Source of the DNA: an uncultured bacterium
Lineage (GTDB): Bacteria; Omnitrophota; Omnitrophia; Omnitrophales; Aquincolibacteriaceae
NCBI GenBank assembly: GCA_964460795.1
Contig: CAYWRU010000002.1
Span: 1,173 to 65,172 of the forward strand
Reading direction: 5' to 3'
Length of the DNA: 64,000 nucleotides
Part shown: piece after piece, positions 61,467 to 64,000 of the stretch
How the letters are laid out: each line of letters starts with the position of its first letter
Position numbering within the stretch: position 1 is the first letter of the stretch
Translations under genes and position numbers: made by a program
The notes under the pieces: generated by a model
What the model was told of the DNA's origin: nothing
Database searches by the model: none
The model's input: only the letters and a program-made list of their open reading frames with translations

Positions 61467-62744
61467 CTACTTTTTACGTTTTTTCTCAATTTTTAGCGGT
61501 TTGGCAGGTACCCCGGCCACGGTGGATCCCCGAGCCACCCGGGTTCTTGCGGTTACCACAGATCCAGCCCCGGTTGTAGAGCGATCTTCGAGGGTGACCG
61601 GAGCCACCAGGACCGTATTGGATCCCAGTTTGACCCCTTTGCCGATACGGCTAACGTGCTTATTTTTTCCGTCAAAATTGGCTGTAATCGTGCCGGCTCC
61701 GACATTGGTCCCATCTCCCAAAATGGCATCGCCCAAATAAGCCAAATGCTTGGCCAAAACTTTTTTCCCGAGTTTGGACCGGTTCACTTCCACAAAACTT
61801 CCCACCGTGGAGTCGTCCTGAATTTCTGTTCCGCGCCGGATTTTAGCAAAAGGTCCGATCTGACAGCGTTTTCCAATTTTGACTCCGGCCTCAATAAAGG
61901 TCCAGGGATAAATCACCGTGTCAGGCCCAATCTCAATATTGGATTCTAAATACGTTTGATCCGGGCTGATAATTGTCACGCCTTTAGCCATGTGTTTTTC
62001 AACTTCACGCCGGTTCATCATTTGAATAGCCTCCGCCAGCTGTCCTTTTGAATTAATGCCCGCAGCTTCGTCCGAGCGCGCTAATGGAAATGCTGCGATT
62101 CTTTTTTCTTCTCGTGCTAAAATTTCGATCGTATCCGTTAAATAATATTCTTTTTTAACATTATTGGGCTGAATTTTTCCAAGCGCCTCTTGAAGCGGCT
62201 TGGATTCAAAAAGATAAACTCCCGTATTAATTTCTTGAACCGCGCGCTCATCCTCCGTCGCATCTAACTCTTCTCGGATCGCGTAAAACGTTTCCCCTTG
62301 TCTCAAAATCCTTCCGTATCCCGCCGGATTCTCGACCGTTGCCGATAACACGCCGACCACCGCGCCTGACTCCTGATGCGCTTGAATAAAATTCTGAAGC
62401 GTTTCAGCTTTCAAAAGCGGCATATCCGCAGGCCAGATCAAAACACTTTCTTTTGAGCTGCGGATAAATTTTCGGGCCATCATGACCGCATGTCCGGTAC
62501 CGCGCTGAGGATTTTGTAAGATCCAATCCGGACGAACCGCTGCCTTAGGGTAACGCTTCTTTAAAAAATCCCGCACCTGTGTACCGTACGCGCCGCCCAC
62601 AATCCCGATTTTGCGAATCCTAAGTGATTCGAGCGTATCCAAAACATGCGCCAGCATCGGACGGCCCAGGATCTCATGAAGAACCTTCGCCTTTTCGGAT
62701 TTCATCCGCGTGCCCTTGCCCGCCGCCAAAATGAGTGCACGCAT
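61467..62744 (-). CDS. glmU: Bifunctional GlcNAc-1-phosphate uridylyltransferase / GlcN-1-phosphate acetyltransferase
   Basis: 425 aa with LILAAGKGTRMKS and a C-terminal hexapeptide beta-helix. Confidence 0.85.
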   Translation of the reverse strand: MRALILAAGKGTRMKSEKAKVLHEILGRPMLAHVLDTLESLRIRKIGIVGGAYGTQVRDFLKKRYPKAAVRPDWILQNPQRGTGHAVMMARKFIRSSKESVLIWPADMPLLKAETLQNFIQAHQESGAVVGVLSATVENPAGYGRILRQGETFYAIREELDATEDERAVQEINTGVYLFESKPLQEALGKIQPNNVKKEYYLTDTIEILAREEKRIAAFPLARSDEAAGINSKGQLAEAIQMMNRREVEKHMAKGVTIISPDQTYLESNIEIGPDTVIYPWTFIEAGVKIGKRCQIGPFAKIRRGTEIQDDSTVGSFVEVNRSKLGKKVLAKHLAYLGDAILGDGTNVGAGTITANFDGKNKHVSRIGKGVKLGSNTVLVAPVTLEDRSTTGAGSVVTARTRVARGSTVAGVPAKPLKIEKKRKK

Positions 62745-62747
62745 GAA

Positions 62748-63629
62748 CTAACCTTTCAAACCTGTAAGCTTGATGCCTTCAACAAAAAATCGCTGATTAA
62801 TAATAAATACGATCAAAATGGGGAGAATTGTCATCACAGACGCCGCCATCAGAAGCGTCCAGTTTGTGGTGTGCAAACTCTGGAAATAAGCCAATCCAAC
62901 AGGAAGCGTAAATTTTTCATGGGAATTTAAAACCGTGAGCGGCCACATAAAACTCATCCAAGTTCCCATAAAAGTAAAAGTGGTAAGCGTCGCCAGCGCA
63001 GGCTTGGAAAGCGGCAGAATAATTTTCCAAAAAATTCCAACTAAAGAGCAGCCGTCAATCTTGGCCGCATCTTCCAAATCTCTCGGCAGTGTCATAAAAA
63101 ACTGACGGAGCATAAACGTTCCATAGGCCGTAAAAATTCCCGGCACAATCACCGCTTTGTAAGTGTCCACCCATCCTAGATAACGCAGCAAAATAAATAC
63201 CGGGATCATAGTGACCGCTCCCGGCAGCATCATCGTAGAAAGATACGCAAAGAAAATTTTATCGCGGCCCGGGAACCTGAGCCGGGCAAAGGCGTACGCA
63301 GCCATGGAACTCGTAATCACTTGTCCGAGCGTCACGCAAAACGTCACAAAAAAAGAATTGAGGTAAAATTTAAAAAAAGGAACCACCTCCGGCACTTTCA
63401 AATAATTTTCCCAAACAAAGGAGCACGGAATCCACTCCGCCCACCAATGGGCATTTTGCATAAAAACGTCGCCGGATTGCTTGAGCGAAGTCGTGACCAT
63501 CCAGAAAAAAGGAGCGACCATGCTAATCGAGCCAAAAATCAAAAAGGCGTACGCCATTCCTTGTTGGATTTTTGTTTTTCGAAGATAAAGCCGTTTAATC
63601 TTGTCTAATTCCATAGAGGCCCGGTTCAA
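62748..63629 (-). CDS. Carbohydrate ABC transporter permease (MalG-like)
   Basis: 293 aa with six TM helices and the EAA loop LEDAAKIDGCSLVGIFWKIILP. Confidence 0.85.
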   Translation of the reverse strand: MNRASMELDKIKRLYLRKTKIQQGMAYAFLIFGSISMVAPFFWMVTTSLKQSGDVFMQNAHWWAEWIPCSFVWENYLKVPEVVPFFKFYLNSFFVTFCVTLGQVITSSMAAYAFARLRFPGRDKIFFAYLSTMMLPGAVTMIPVFILLRYLGWVDTYKAVIVPGIFTAYGTFMLRQFFMTLPRDLEDAAKIDGCSLVGIFWKIILPLSKPALATLTTFTFMGTWMSFMWPLTVLNSHEKFTLPVGLAYFQSLHTTNWTLLMAASVMTILPILIVFIINQRFFVEGIKLTGLKG

Positions 63630-64000
63630 TAATAATAAATTTTATTTCCGTAATAACGCCATTGGATGAGAGTAAAAGCAAAGATGATCAGAAAGAGCAC
63701 CCAGGCAATCGCCGCCGCATAGCCCATTTGATGCCATTCAAAAGCACTTTTCCAGAGATAATAAAAAATCGTGGTCGTAGAGCCATTCGGTCCGCCGCCG
63801 GTCATCACATAAGCGGATTCGAAGCCTCCCTGAAATCCCCCGATCACACTCATGATGGCAATAAAAAAAGTCGTGGGTGAAATTTGCGGCCAGGTAATGG
63901 TCCAGAATTTTTGCCAGGCATTGGCTCCGTCGACTTCTGCGGCATCATAGAGATCACGCGGAACTCCTTGCAAAGCCGCGAGATAAAGAATCATGTTATA
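63626..64000 (-). CDS. Carbohydrate ABC transporter permease (MalF-like), C-terminal part. The start lies beyond the right edge.
   Basis: The EAA loop is LYDAAEVDGANAWQKFWTITWP. It has a 4-nt overlap with the downstream permease gene. Confidence 0.8.
   Translation of the reverse strand, partial: YNMILYLAALQGVPRDLYDAAEVDGANAWQKFWTITWPQISPTTFFIAIMSVIGGFQGGFESAYVMTGGGPNGSTTTIFYYLWKSAFEWHQMGYAAAIAWVLFLIIFAFTLIQWRYYGNKIYYY

Overview
The window holds about 25 kb of one giant gene plus about 39 kb of conserved housekeeping operons from a diderm (LPS/BamA-encoding) bacterium. All calls were made by eye from the sequence and ORF track, with no BLAST/HMM/RNA folding, so domain names are motif-level hypotheses.

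(1) Giant gene. Positions 1-24961 look empty in the supplied ORF track. The minus-strand frame whose codons start at coordinates = 2 (mod 3) is nevertheless open from an in-frame TAG at 24968-24970 down to position 1. This is a single GTG-initiated ORF of at least 8,320 codons that runs off the left edge; the track apparently lists only ORFs with a stop inside the window. Hand translation shows a mosaic of modules:
- an N-terminal signal anchor
- a ChaN/TraB/Tiki-like module
- an HExxH (M50-like) membrane-protease module
- a polytopic membrane block
- a HAD-phosphatase-like module
- two FabD/acyltransferase-like modules (one with GxSxG, one degenerate)
- two class-I methyltransferase-like modules (one degenerate)
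- a winged helix
- three sigma-70 region-4-like HTHs
- an RNAP alpha-CTD-like helix-hairpin-helix

The modules are punctuated by 21 in-frame copies of the pentapeptide R-[S/A]-E-[V/I/L/M]-R. These use all six Ser codons and both Arg codon families, and none occurs in the other ~37 proteins of the window. I read this as candidate processing or docking punctuation of a polyprotein.

(2) Repeats. Short palindromic 'stutter-arm' elements fill intergenic spacers and are also inserted in frame in coding sequence: valS (one full and one half copy), the giant gene (several copies), and the 3' end of an oxidoreductase gene.

(3) The rest of the window is a dense, mostly minus-strand housekeeping set:
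- maf and a GT2 + GT-C glycosyltransferase pair
- three lineage-specific ORFs
- valS and a DUF4258/DUF2283 pair
- cimA-lysC-apgM-like-thrC-hom
- msbA, a Gfo/Idh/MocA oxidoreductase and lpxB
- glnA plus a sigma-54 activator
- lpxI-lpxA-lpxC/fabZ-skp-bamA
- dnaB and rplI-rpsR-ssb-rpsF
- pth-rplY-prs-glmU
- two sugar ABC permeases

No rRNA, tRNA, CRISPR array, transposase or integrase was seen.
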